NCBI GenBank assembly: GCA_019456075.1
Contig: VRUN01000002.1
Location: 1,418-65,417 of the forward strand
Length of the DNA: 64,000 bases
From: Candidatus Methylomirabilota bacterium
GTDB lineage: Bacteria > Methylomirabilota > Methylomirabilia > Methylomirabilales > CSP1-5
Direction: 5' to 3'
Shown: one piece after another, positions 55,554-64,000 of the stretch
How positions within the stretch are numbered: the first letter of the stretch is position 1
Layout of the letters: each line of letters begins with the position of its first letter
Made by a program: the position numbers and the translations under genes
The notes under the pieces: generated by a model
What the model was told of the DNA's origin: nothing
The model's database searches: none
The model's input: the letters and a program-made list of their open reading frames with translations, nothing else

Positions 55554-56230
55554 ACCGGGTCCCGAAAAACCTCATTATCGCTATTGACGGACCGGTGGCC
55601 GCAGGCAAGACCACGGCAGCCCGGCTGTTGGCCCAGCGACTGGGCTATTGCCACATCGACAGCGGGGCAATGTACCGTGCGCTTGCCTGGAAGGCACTCA
55701 AGCAGGAGGTCGATCTCTCGGACCCGCGGAGTCTCCTCGGCCTGCTCGCTCAAACCGCGCTCGAGCTTCGACCTGCAGCGGAGGGGCTTCGGGTATTCGT
55801 GGATGGCGAAGACATCACCGATGTCCTGCGATTGCCCAAGGTCCAGGCTGCTGCCTCTCTGGTATCTGTCCATCCGAAGGTGCGAGAAGAGCTTGTGCAG
55901 AGGCAACGGCAGCTTGGGACCCACGGAGGGGTCGTCATGGATGGTCGCGATATCGGAACGGTGGTTTTCCCGCACGCCGCTGTGAAATTTTACCTTACCG
56001 CGTCCTTGGAGGAACGGGGACGTCGCCGGTACCAGGAATCTCTTCAAGACCTCGGGACCCTCGAAAGCACCTTGGAGGAGGTTGAGAGGCGAGACCAGCG
56101 GGATATGGGGCGGGCGGCCTCTCCACTCAAGCCGGCCCCCGACGCCATCCTCATCGACACCGCCCCTTTAAGCCCGGAGGAGGTCGTCACCCAAATGGAA
56201 GAACACATCCAGCGGAAGCTCAAGAGCTGA
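55550..56230 (+). CDS. cmk: Cytidylate kinase
   Basis: ORF 55220..56230. The real start is ATG 55550 in an ATGA overlap with the aroA stop (MNRVPKNLIIAIDGPVAAGKTT). Confidence 0.92.
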   Translation: MNRVPKNLIIAIDGPVAAGKTTAARLLAQRLGYCHIDSGAMYRALAWKALKQEVDLSDPRSLLGLLAQTALELRPAAEGLRVFVDGEDITDVLRLPKVQAAASLVSVHPKVREELVQRQRQLGTHGGVVMDGRDIGTVVFPHAAVKFYLTASLEERGRRRYQESLQDLGTLESTLEEVERRDQRDMGRAASPLKPAPDAILIDTAPLSPEEVVTQMEEHIQRKLKS

Positions 56231-56307
56231 CACCATTTTTTCCTTGCGCTCACTATGCAAGGTGTGTAAATTAAAGGGGTTTCAGAGGTGCCAGGAGGTC
56301 TCGTCGG

Positions 56308-56934
56308 GTGTGGTATCGGGCCCTTCAAATTTTCCTCCCGCTGATCATGCCGATTTTCCGATTTCGGGTGGTGGGTAAGGAGGATGTTCCTACCACCGGG
56401 GGCGTGATCCTGGCGGCCAATCACGTGAGCTATCTTGACCCCCTGTTTATTGGCGTAGCGTTGGTAGAGCATCAGCTGCACTTCATGGCGAAGAAGGAGC
56501 TCTTCCGGTTCCCCTTTTTTGGCGCGCTCCTTCGACGCCTCTATACCGTTCCTGTCCGTAGGGGCCAGATGGATTACACAGCAATCAGGCAATCCCTGCG
56601 CCTTCTCAAGGAAGGAGAGATCGTCGCCGTGTTCCCCGAAGGGACCCGCGGGGATGGTATGGCCCTACAGGAGGCAGGGGAGGGAATTGGATTCCTGGCA
56701 GCATGGTCTGGCTGTCCGATCGTTCCTGTATACGTGCAAGGGTCCGGCAAAGTGCTGCCACGCGATAAGCGAATACCTCGGGTTCACCCAGTAACGGTCT
56801 ATTTCGGTCATCCGTTGCGGCTGGGGAACGAGACCCCGCACAAGGAATCGCGAAGAGACCATCGACGCCTGACTGAAGAGGTCATGAAAGGCATTGCCGA
56901 ATTAAAGGCCCGGAGCCATTCGCCGGGGGCGTAA
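56308..56934 (+). CDS. plsC: 1-acyl-sn-glycerol-3-phosphate acyltransferase
   Basis: It has the NHVSYLDP (NHxxxxD) and FPEGTRG motifs. Confidence 0.88.
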   Translation: MWYRALQIFLPLIMPIFRFRVVGKEDVPTTGGVILAANHVSYLDPLFIGVALVEHQLHFMAKKELFRFPFFGALLRRLYTVPVRRGQMDYTAIRQSLRLLKEGEIVAVFPEGTRGDGMALQEAGEGIGFLAAWSGCPIVPVYVQGSGKVLPRDKRIPRVHPVTVYFGHPLRLGNETPHKESRRDHRRLTEEVMKGIAELKARSHSPGA

Positions 56935-56978
56935 GAACATGGTCCGTTAACATCCCTTGCCAGGAGGTATACCCACGT

Positions 56979-58655
56979 ATGAACATGATGGGGACGGGGG
57001 ACGACAATCGAGAAAGAAAGGAGGATCGCAACTTGCCAGGAGAGCTGGAGCAGCGAGAATCGACTGTCAGCATGCAGGACATTTACGATCAAACCTTCAA
57101 GGACATCCTGGAAGGGGAGATTGTGAAGGGGAAGGTCCTCAATGTTGGAACCGATTCCATTGTAATTGACATTGGATACAAGTCGGAAGGAACCATCCCC
57201 ATCAAGGAGTTTCTCACCCCTCAAGGACAGCTGGAGATCCAAGTGGGGGATGACGTAGAGGTGTACCTCGAATCCAAGGAGGACAACGAAGGGATTGTCG
57301 TCCTGAGCCGAGAAAAGGCAGAGAAAATCAAGGTCTGGGATGAGATCAGCAAGGTTTATGAGAAGGGGGGGGTGGTCCAGGCGACCATCATTTCGAAAAC
57401 AAAGGGGGGATTGATTGTGGACATTGGGGTCCGGGCATTCCTCCCCGGGTCCCAGGTAGACCTGCGTCCTGTACGAGATCTTGACAGGGTGATCGGCAAG
57501 ACGTTTCCCATGAAGATTATCAAACTGAACCAACGGCGCGGTAACATTGTCGTTTCTCGGAGAGAGCTGCTGGAGGAGGAACGGAAGGGTCTGAAGGAAA
57601 AGACCCTTGCCACGTTAGAGGAGGGGAAGGTCCTGAAGGGGAAAATTAAGAACATCACCGAATACGGGGCCTTCATTGATCTCGGCGGCCTCGATGGCCT
57701 GCTGCACATCACCGATATGTCCTGGGGACGGATTGGACATCCGTCGGAGCTTTTTGCGGTCGGAGACGAGATCGAGGTAGCCGTCCTCAAGTTCGACCGT
57801 CAAACGGAACGCGTTTCCCTCGGCTACAAACAGCGTCTGTCGGATCCTTGGAAAGAGGTAACCCAAAAGTTCGCCCCGGGGACCAAAGTGAACGGTAAGG
57901 TGGTGTCGATTACTGACTACGGGGCTTTTGTCGAGCTCGAACCGGGGGCGGAAGGTCTCGTCCATATCTCGGAAATGTCCTGGACCCAGCGGGTCAAGCA
58001 TCCCTCGAAGGTGGTGGCCGTGGGAGACGTGGTGGAGGTTGTGGTACTTGAAATCGACCAATCGGCTCGGCGGATCTCCCTTGGGATGAAGCAAGTGGAG
58101 CCTAATCCGTGGGATGCGTTGGAGCAACGATACCCCGTGGGAACTCACGTCGAGGGAACGGTCCGAAACCTTGTGGACTTCGGTGCCTTTGTAGAGCTGG
58201 AAGAGGGAATTGACGGGCTTATCCATATTTCTGACATGTCCTGGACCAAGCGGGTGAAGCACCCTTCAGAGACCTTGAAAAAGGGGGATCACATCGGGGC
58301 CCTTGTGCTCCACGTGGATAGGGCAGCCCGCCGTATCTCACTGGGATTGAAGCAGACGCAACCCGATCCGTGGAAAAGCATTGTCCCTGAAAGATACCGA
58401 GTTGGAATGGATGTCATGGGGAAGGTGGTCCGAATCACCGACTTCGGAGCTTTTGTAGAGCTTCCCGATGGCATTGAGGGGTTGCTCCATGTCTCGGAAC
58501 TGTCCGAGGGCCGGGTCAATAAGCCAGAGGACGTGGTGAAACCGGGCGAGGAACTGACCCTCAAAATCATTAAACTCGACACCGATGATCGTAAGCTCGG
58601 CCTCAGTCTCCGGGCCTACCAGGAAGCCGGGCGGGAAAAGGGGGAAGAGGAGTAA
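56979..58655 (+). CDS. rpsA: 30S ribosomal protein S1
   Basis: 558 aa with six S1 repeats (GxVxG.V..I..YGAFV.L pattern). AGGAGG lies 11 nt upstream. Confidence 0.95.
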   Translation: MNMMGTGDDNRERKEDRNLPGELEQRESTVSMQDIYDQTFKDILEGEIVKGKVLNVGTDSIVIDIGYKSEGTIPIKEFLTPQGQLEIQVGDDVEVYLESKEDNEGIVVLSREKAEKIKVWDEISKVYEKGGVVQATIISKTKGGLIVDIGVRAFLPGSQVDLRPVRDLDRVIGKTFPMKIIKLNQRRGNIVVSRRELLEEERKGLKEKTLATLEEGKVLKGKIKNITEYGAFIDLGGLDGLLHITDMSWGRIGHPSELFAVGDEIEVAVLKFDRQTERVSLGYKQRLSDPWKEVTQKFAPGTKVNGKVVSITDYGAFVELEPGAEGLVHISEMSWTQRVKHPSKVVAVGDVVEVVVLEIDQSARRISLGMKQVEPNPWDALEQRYPVGTHVEGTVRNLVDFGAFVELEEGIDGLIHISDMSWTKRVKHPSETLKKGDHIGALVLHVDRAARRISLGLKQTQPDPWKSIVPERYRVGMDVMGKVVRITDFGAFVELPDGIEGLLHVSELSEGRVNKPEDVVKPGEELTLKIIKLDTDDRKLGLSLRAYQEAGREKGEEE

Positions 58656-58658
58656 CCC

Positions 58659-59558
58659 ATGCGTGGGGAACGGAGACGGTCTTTTTGGCGCGCCGCGATA
58701 GTGACGTGCGGCATTGGCCTATTCTTGTTGCTTCTGATCTTCGGACTGGCGCTGATGTTGGGCCAGTGGGAGCAGTTCGGAGGCCCCAAGGTCGCTTTGC
58801 TGGAGGTAAACGGCCTTATCACTGATTCGGAGGGGGTCATCCGGCAACTCCAGCATCATATCGAGAATGAGACTGTCCAGGCTTTCGTGATCCGTATCAA
58901 CAGTCCCGGCGGCGGGGTGGCTGCCTCTCAGGAAATTTATGAGGAGATCAAAAAGATTCGCCAGATCCATGAAAAGCCGGTCGTAGCCTCTCTCTCGACG
59001 GTGGGGGCTTCGGGAGGCTACTATATCGCGGCGGCTGCGGACAAAATTGTGGCCAATCCCGGAAGTATCACCGGGAGCATCGGGGTCATTATGCAGATCC
59101 CCAACCTGTCGAATTTATTGCAAAAAGTGGGCATCCAATCGGTCGTTATCAAAAGCGGGCAGTACAAAGACTTGGCCTCGGCTACCCGAGAACTGACCCG
59201 TGAGGAACGAAAATTGCTACAGCAGCTGATCGATGATATCCACGACCAGTTCATCCAAGCGGTGATGGAAGGTCGTAACCTCTCGCGGAAACAGGTCGAG
59301 ACGGTGGCGGATGGTCGGATCTTTACCGGTCGGCAGGCCCTGGAGTTAGGACTGGTGGATCAGCTCGGGAACCTCCAGGATGCGATCGAGACAGCCGCAA
59401 AAATGGGGGGCATCGAGGGGAAGCCTCAAATCGTGCAGGTCAAGGAGCGCGAATTTTCCCTTCTCCGCCTTTTGCTGGGAAACGCTGCTACGGCGTGGCG
59501 GCAAAGGCTCATGGGAGGGGAGGGGGGTCGACTTTCCGTCGACTTTCTATGGCAGTGA
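58659..59558 (+). CDS. sppA: Signal peptide peptidase SppA (36K type)
   Basis: N-terminal TM helix, INSPGG, the catalytic Ser region GASGGYY and a conserved Lys region. Confidence 0.88.
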   Translation: MRGERRRSFWRAAIVTCGIGLFLLLLIFGLALMLGQWEQFGGPKVALLEVNGLITDSEGVIRQLQHHIENETVQAFVIRINSPGGGVAASQEIYEEIKKIRQIHEKPVVASLSTVGASGGYYIAAAADKIVANPGSITGSIGVIMQIPNLSNLLQKVGIQSVVIKSGQYKDLASATRELTREERKLLQQLIDDIHDQFIQAVMEGRNLSRKQVETVADGRIFTGRQALELGLVDQLGNLQDAIETAAKMGGIEGKPQIVQVKEREFSLLRLLLGNAATAWRQRLMGGEGGRLSVDFLWQ

Positions 59559-59587
59559 TGAAACCCGGCGTGTGAAAGGGGGGAACA

Positions 59588-59869
59588 ATGACCAAGGTAG
59601 ACCTCGTGGAAAAAATCGCTGCGACGGTCAATCTGACAAAAAAGGAGACCGAAGTTGTCATTGATACCATTTTTGAGGGCATCGCCAAAGCATTGGCATC
59701 GAGCCATGATGGCAAGGTTGAACTTCGCGGCTTCGGGAGTTTCCGGGTTCGCCATCGTGGGGCCCGCCAGGGCCGAAACCCGCAGAGCGGCACTACGGTG
59801 AGTGTCCCAGCCAAAAGGGTGCCCTACTTTAAGCCAGGAAAGGAGCTGAAGGCCCTCATCGACAGGTAG
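59588..59869 (+). CDS. Integration host factor / HU-family DNA-binding protein
   Basis: 93 aa with RGFGSFRVRHRGARQGRNPQSG...VPYFKPGKELK, the signature of the IHF/HU beta-arm. Confidence 0.9.
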   Translation: MTKVDLVEKIAATVNLTKKETEVVIDTIFEGIAKALASSHDGKVELRGFGSFRVRHRGARQGRNPQSGTTVSVPAKRVPYFKPGKELKALIDR

Positions 59870-59929
59870 CCCCTGCTTCGGGCGCGACCCGAATCTTGCG
59901 CTCAGACCTGTCTGATTAGCCATCGGTTC

Positions 59930-61729
59930 ATGGGGACCATTACGCGCCCCGGGAACACGAGTGCCCCCCCGCCTCGCTTTATCGAGGGAAGGACCGAAGA
60001 GGTTCAAGAGCTCTTTGGGATTCCGCTCCCCACCTTCCCAGAAAGCCCCGAGCCTACAGGAGACGAGCCGGCCTTCCTTGTCCAACTTCACCCTGGTTTG
60101 CAACCCGCCTTTTTGAGCTTTCTAGATGCGACTGCGCGTTCGGTAATGGAAACAGCGGGGAAGACACGAGAGTTTCAGCAGACGGAGTGGGCCTATTTCC
60201 AGCTGCTCCTGCAGGTTGCCACTAATGCTGTTCGGAACGAGCGTCGATCTGGACTACTCAACCTCTTGTGGGTGGCCCACTCGAAGGAGATCGCGGCCAC
60301 GGTGCGGGAGTACTTCGATCGGGGGGGAATCCCAACTCATATCAAGTACCAGATACACCCGCTGCTCCGTGGTTTTTACCGACTCGTGCACCGGTCGACA
60401 TGGCAACATTTTTCCAGCAAGGACCCGCAAACGCTGGCGTATAATCTTGGGCTTTCCTTTAATCACCGCCTGATCGAAAGTCTTTTCGAAGATCAGCTGT
60501 CACTCACACAGACAGACTTGCCCCGGGAACATCTGGAGGGGATCTTGGTCCCGCAAAACCGGAGGTTTCGTCTCGGCAGGGAAGAGTACACCCATATGCG
60601 GACCATCCTGCGAGATCGGATTCGCCATGGCGTAAGCAAGCAAGAGCCCCCGCTGCTTGATCTGCTCAAGGCGCATCTTCCGACCGTGGATCCCTCGAAG
60701 TACTATGAAGAAGCCTCGCAGGCAAAGATGGTGTTTCACCCAACTATTGTGACCTATCTCTTCACGGACTACGACCAAACCCTGGCGCGGCTTAGTACCT
60801 CCCCCATCCTTAAGGCGGGGAGGGACCGCCGGGGCGGATGGCATTATCTCCTCCATGACTATCTGGACCTTATCCAGGCAGTCCGCCGCTTTGAGGTTAT
60901 CCATCGCCTGCGCACCGATATTGATCTGATGCCTCCGGGTCTCGTCGAAGTCCAGCGCAAGGACCACTTCGCCGAGGGTCGACTCTTCCAGTATTTCGAA
61001 TCCAGCGAGATTGTAAAAACTGCGCGAAAAGTCACAATTCTCTTTGCCGACCTTCGGGGTTTTACCGCCACTTCAGAGAGCGGGATCTCCGAGGTAGAGC
61101 TGACGCGATCCCTGTACACCGTCTTCGATCCTGTGGCCGACATCGTGAAACGGTTCAACGGACAGATCGACAAATTCACCGGCGATGGGGTCATGATCAC
61201 CTTCGGCACCGCCCAGGTCAGCCCTGAAGACGAGATGAACGCCTTGCGAACTGCTGTCGCCATCCAAGCGATAGTCACGGACCTTCAGAAGCAGGGGAGG
61301 ACGACATACCGGATGGGAATGAGCCTTCATACGGGTCGCGCCCAAATCGGCCGCTTTCTTCCGGATGAGAAATCGGTGGACGTCACGGTGATTGGCCGCC
61401 ACGTCAATATTGCCAGCCGTATCACGGGTTCGGGGAGCCGCCCCTCGGAAGTGGAGGATGAAAGTACAACACAGCGCGGTGGTGCCGATCAAGGCGTCTG
61501 GATTGATCGTGATGGCGTCCTGTACAATTTGGGAATCGCGGCGACTCCGGAGCATGTCGAGGCCCTCCGTCGGAACGTTGCTTGGGAGGCCGAGGAAGGA
61601 GAAAGTGGCACTCGATATACCTGCTTTGATCCCGAGCTGCAAAAAAAGATCTTGATTGAGTATGTAGGGGATGCTAAGTTAAGAGGCGTTGAGCGGGCTC
61701 AGCCCATCTACCGGGTGGTGGCCTCTTGA
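59930..61729 (+). CDS. Class III adenylate/guanylate cyclase with large uncharacterised N-terminal domain
   Basis: The C-terminal CHD domain has VTILFADLRGFT and KFTGDGVMITFG. The N-terminal 370 aa or so have no motif I recognise. Confidence 0.8.
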   Translation: MGTITRPGNTSAPPPRFIEGRTEEVQELFGIPLPTFPESPEPTGDEPAFLVQLHPGLQPAFLSFLDATARSVMETAGKTREFQQTEWAYFQLLLQVATNAVRNERRSGLLNLLWVAHSKEIAATVREYFDRGGIPTHIKYQIHPLLRGFYRLVHRSTWQHFSSKDPQTLAYNLGLSFNHRLIESLFEDQLSLTQTDLPREHLEGILVPQNRRFRLGREEYTHMRTILRDRIRHGVSKQEPPLLDLLKAHLPTVDPSKYYEEASQAKMVFHPTIVTYLFTDYDQTLARLSTSPILKAGRDRRGGWHYLLHDYLDLIQAVRRFEVIHRLRTDIDLMPPGLVEVQRKDHFAEGRLFQYFESSEIVKTARKVTILFADLRGFTATSESGISEVELTRSLYTVFDPVADIVKRFNGQIDKFTGDGVMITFGTAQVSPEDEMNALRTAVAIQAIVTDLQKQGRTTYRMGMSLHTGRAQIGRFLPDEKSVDVTVIGRHVNIASRITGSGSRPSEVEDESTTQRGGADQGVWIDRDGVLYNLGIAATPEHVEALRRNVAWEAEEGESGTRYTCFDPELQKKILIEYVGDAKLRGVERAQPIYRVVAS

Positions 61730-61753
61730 CGATTCCGGAAGGGTAGTGACACG

Positions 61754-62245
61754 ATGATGTCCATCTTGTGGGCGCCGTGGAGGATGCAGTATATCTTGGG
61801 GCCGAAAACCAACGGATGCATCCTGTGCGAGAAGGCGAAGGAACCCGATGAACAGGATACGAAGAACCTGATTTTGGCTCGGGGACCCTCTACGTACGTC
61901 CTGATGAATATCTATCCGTATAACAGCGGCCACTTGATGATCGCCCCATATCGCCACCTGGAATCCCTAGAGAAGCTCTCCCCCGAGGAAAGAGCGGAGT
62001 TAATGACCTGGGCGTCGAACAGTGAGCGAATCCTCCGAGACGCCTTCAACGCCATGGGATTCAACATTGGGGTGAACGTCGGAAAGGTAGCGGGGGCAGG
62101 GATTGAGGACCACGTGCACATGCACGTGGTTCCCCGCTGGAATGGGGATACGAACTTCATGCCGGTCCTGGGCGAGACAAAAGTGATTCCGGAACACCTA
62201 GAAGAGACCTACGCGAGACTCTTGCCTTATTATCGCGGTACCTGA
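61754..62245 (+). CDS. HIT-family nucleotide hydrolase/transferase (Ap4A phosphorylase-like)
   Basis: It has the histidine triad HVHMHVVPR and an upstream CxxC (CILC). Confidence 0.85.
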   Translation: MMSILWAPWRMQYILGPKTNGCILCEKAKEPDEQDTKNLILARGPSTYVLMNIYPYNSGHLMIAPYRHLESLEKLSPEERAELMTWASNSERILRDAFNAMGFNIGVNVGKVAGAGIEDHVHMHVVPRWNGDTNFMPVLGETKVIPEHLEETYARLLPYYRGT

Positions 62246-62257
62246 GGGGAGGGGAGA

Positions 62258-62749
62258 ATGGCAATGCTGATCCGGATGACAGTCCGGGGGATCGCTCTTG
62301 ATCCAATTACGAATATGCCGATCGTCATTCTCAAGGATCAAGAGGAAAAGCGGGCGCTTCCCATCTGGGTCGGTATCTTTGAGGCGAACGCTATTTCGCT
62401 TGAACTGGAAAAAATTGCGACCCCGCGACCAATGACGCATGATCTCATCAAGAACATTCTCGACGGCCTGGGCGCCACGGTCCAGCAGATCATCGTGAAT
62501 GACCTGAACGAGAACACCTTCTTTGCCGTCATCGAGGTGAGTTACAACGGGAACGTCGTGAACATCGACGCGCGGCCCTCGGATGCCATTGCCCTGGCGC
62601 TCAGGGTCAATGCGCCGATCTTTGTCACCGAGAAGGTCGTGAGCAAGGCCAAGAGCATGGATATCGCCGAGGAAAAGGAGGAGACGGATCGCTGGAAACA
62701 GTGGCTCGAAGACCTGAAGCCTGAGGACTTCGGCAAGTACAAAATGTAG
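62258..62749 (+). CDS. Bifunctional nuclease family protein (DUF151/BFN)
   Basis: 163 aa with [12 protein letters not shown]...MTHDL...[15 protein letters not shown], the pattern of the DUF151 family. Confidence 0.8.
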   Translation: MAMLIRMTVRGIALDPITNMPIVILKDQEEKRALPIWVGIFEANAISLELEKIATPRPMTHDLIKNILDGLGATVQQIIVNDLNENTFFAVIEVSYNGNVVNIDARPSDAIALALRVNAPIFVTEKVVSKAKSMDIAEEKEETDRWKQWLEDLKPEDFGKYKM

Positions 62750-62776
62750 CTGTGTGTGCTCTCATTCCGGAAGGTG

Positions 62777-62808
62777 CGGCCGCCCCTTGGGCGGCCGTTG
62801 TTCTTTTT
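62777..62808 (+). terminator. Intrinsic terminator
   Basis: CGGCCGCCC ctt GGGCGGCCG followed by TTGTTCTTTTT, 28 nt after the stop of 62258..62749. Confidence 0.8.
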
Positions 62809-62875
62809 GCGGGTACATAGGGCTGGGGTAGAGTGGTTTGGGGAAGCGGTTAAGGGTTTGCTTATGGTTTCCCGG

Positions 62876-62910
62876 GTCTTATGTAAGCTGAGTCCAAGTT
62901 TACATAAGAC
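62876..62910. other. 11-bp perfect inverted repeat (AT-rich hairpin) downstream of the minus-strand TPR gene
   Basis: GTCTTATGTAA, a 13-nt loop, then TTACATAAGAC. It lies 26 nt beyond the TPR gene stop. No clear U-tract follows on the minus strand. Confidence 0.3.
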
Positions 62911-62936
62911 TTCTTATCCGACGTAATAGATATCCC

Positions 62937-63632
62937 TCACCGCTCCAGTGACGCGACCTGGCTCCTCGCGTGGTTCGCCCACCTGGTACCTGAATATTCC
63001 TCTATAATGCGCCGGTAGACCGCTTTTCCCTCCGTTCGCTGATCAAGCTGGATTAGCGACCGACCAAGCCCCATCAATGCTTCAACGGTGAGGAATGAAG
63101 CCTCGTAGCGGTCTGCCATAGCGCGAAAGGTCGCCGCCGCCGCGTCATACCGTTTTTGGGACTCCAGGGCATAGCCCTTCCCCAACCCGGCCAGCAAACC
63201 CGACTCTCCCTTGGGATACTCTTCAAGATAAGCCTGGTACGCTTCCAAGGCTTCCTGATACTCCCCTCGCTCGTAATGAATGTTCCCTATCTGTAGGACC
63301 GCCTGCTCCGCCGCTCTGCTCGAAGGATACTCGTCCCGAATCTGCCGAAACAGCTCGAGTGCCTTTTCCAGGTGCTTGCCAGGCTCCTCCTTTCCCTCCT
63401 CGCCTTCTTCCGCTCCCGGGCTTCTGTCACGGACCACAAGCGCTCTCGTCAGGAGGAATTGTGCTGCACTCTCTTGTCCCGTGTGCCACGTCCGATAGGC
63501 CCACCACCCCAAACCCAGTACGAGGAGCGCTAGGAGTGCCACACCTAGTGGAACCCGTGCGTCATATAATCGCCCAGCGAGGTCCCGGGCGCTTGGGGGA
63601 AGTGGTTTGAATGACGGTCGTCTTCTGGCCAT
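62937..63632 (-). CDS. Membrane-anchored tetratricopeptide-repeat protein (YfgM/YbgF-like)
   Basis: N-terminal TM helix (VALLALLVLGLGWWAY) followed by TPR-like repeats (IGNIHYERGEYQEALEAYQAYL...). The start is 16 nt downstream of the tRNA-Arg 3' end, with GAGAGG as the SD. Confidence 0.75.
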   Translation of the reverse strand: MARRRPSFKPLPPSARDLAGRLYDARVPLGVALLALLVLGLGWWAYRTWHTGQESAAQFLLTRALVVRDRSPGAEEGEEGKEEPGKHLEKALELFRQIRDEYPSSRAAEQAVLQIGNIHYERGEYQEALEAYQAYLEEYPKGESGLLAGLGKGYALESQKRYDAAAATFRAMADRYEASFLTVEALMGLGRSLIQLDQRTEGKAVYRRIIEEYSGTRWANHARSQVASLER

Positions 63633-63648
63633 GTACCTCTCAATACAG

Positions 63649-63725
63649 TGGTGGGCCTGGCAGGACTCGAACCTGCGGCACGAGGTTTAGGAAACCTCTG
63701 CTCTATCCACCTGAGCTACAGGCCC
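63649..63725 (-). tRNA. tRNA-Arg (anticodon CCT), CCA encoded
   Basis: The reverse complement is GGGCCTGTAGCTCAGGTGGATAGAGCAGAGGTTTCCTAAACCTCGTGCCGCAGGTTCGAGTCCTGCCAGGCCCACCA. It folds as a cloverleaf with a 7-bp acceptor stem, GCTC/GAGC D-stem, GAGGT/ACCTC anticodon stem with loop TTCCTAA, and GCAGG/CCTGC T-stem with loop TTCGAGT. Confidence 0.95.
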
Positions 63726-64000
63726 ATTAGGCATTTACGGTGTCCGCTCTTTTAGGTGCCGTGGATGGACCACACGTGCGATTCCAGCCCATTTTAAGTC
63801 ATTAGAAGGCGGCTCGCAAGCTGGCGTTCGCCGGAAGAAGCGTTCAAGCGCTAGGGTTCCCTAGCCGGTCACTCGTTTGCGGAGGCTTCGGAGGTCTTGC
63901 CGGTTGAAGTTCACGGCCGGAGCCTGTGCCACATGCCGCTGGTCCATCGGAACTGATTTGCTGCAGTTGAGGCCTGCCTGGTCCGATGTAAGCCTTTACT

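Noticed and set aside
63844-64000. Open minus-strand frame running off the right edge (…GPGRPQLQQISSDGPAACGTGSGRELQPARPPKPPQTSDRLGNPSA, stop at 63844-46)
   Set aside because: Only about 52 low-complexity codons are visible and there is no motif. It cannot be distinguished from a chance open frame without the sequence beyond the window.
1-64000. Scan by eye for CRISPR arrays, IS elements or transposases, prophage or defence-island genes and rRNA
   Set aside because: No regularly spaced 25-40 nt direct repeats were found. No transposase, integrase or recombinase-like translation appears in the ORF track. Gene content is housekeeping and biosynthetic throughout.

Overview
GC-rich (judged by eye, not computed) bacterial chromosomal segment from a diderm organism (LptE and MurJ are present). 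It is densely packed and almost entirely coded on the + strand. I saw no rRNA, CRISPR array, transposase or integrase.

Layout:
- 1-15.0 kb: an assimilatory sulfur island. It holds a cysM fragment, a Mec-type JAMM protease, two rhodanese proteins, an Ssu/Tau-type ABC importer, TauE, and Sat / APS reductase / sulfite reductase with siroheme genes. It also has two CysO-like ThiS/MoaD carriers, two free-standing NIL-domain proteins, and a threonine-synthase paralog behind a SAM-I riboswitch.
- 15.1-26.3 kb: EtfBA, a membrane Fe-S (Hdr/CCG-type) oxidoreductase, a signal-less BtuF-like protein, a split B12 acyl-CoA mutase with an ICM-type signature, a MeaB-family GTPase, a two-subunit CoA-transferase and a stand-alone homocysteine methyltransferase domain.
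- 26.4-64 kb: housekeeping genes. These are a phasin-like protein and phaR; recA-pilT-recX; alaS; psd and pssA; leuACD; asd; truA; leuS-lptE-holA; rpsT; murJ; two TPP enzymes with ilvN and ilvC; miaA; aroA; cmk; plsC; rpsA; sppA; an IHF/HU protein; a class III cyclase; HIT; a DUF151 nuclease; a TPR protein; and tRNA-Arg(CCT).

Most noteworthy observations:
- An uncharacterised 66-93 aa module occurs twice in the sulfur island, once fused to a rhodanese domain and once free-standing.
- A riboswitch-controlled NIL / ThrC-like / CysO-like operon sits next to the sulfate reduction genes.
- Two families of intercistronic elements are built from inverted arrays of tandem heptamers.
- The ilvB-like gene carries Gly in place of the universally conserved ThDP-activating Glu.

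All calls come from reading the supplied translations and the sequence. No database search was run. Start codons are my best guesses from SD spacing and homolog N-termini.
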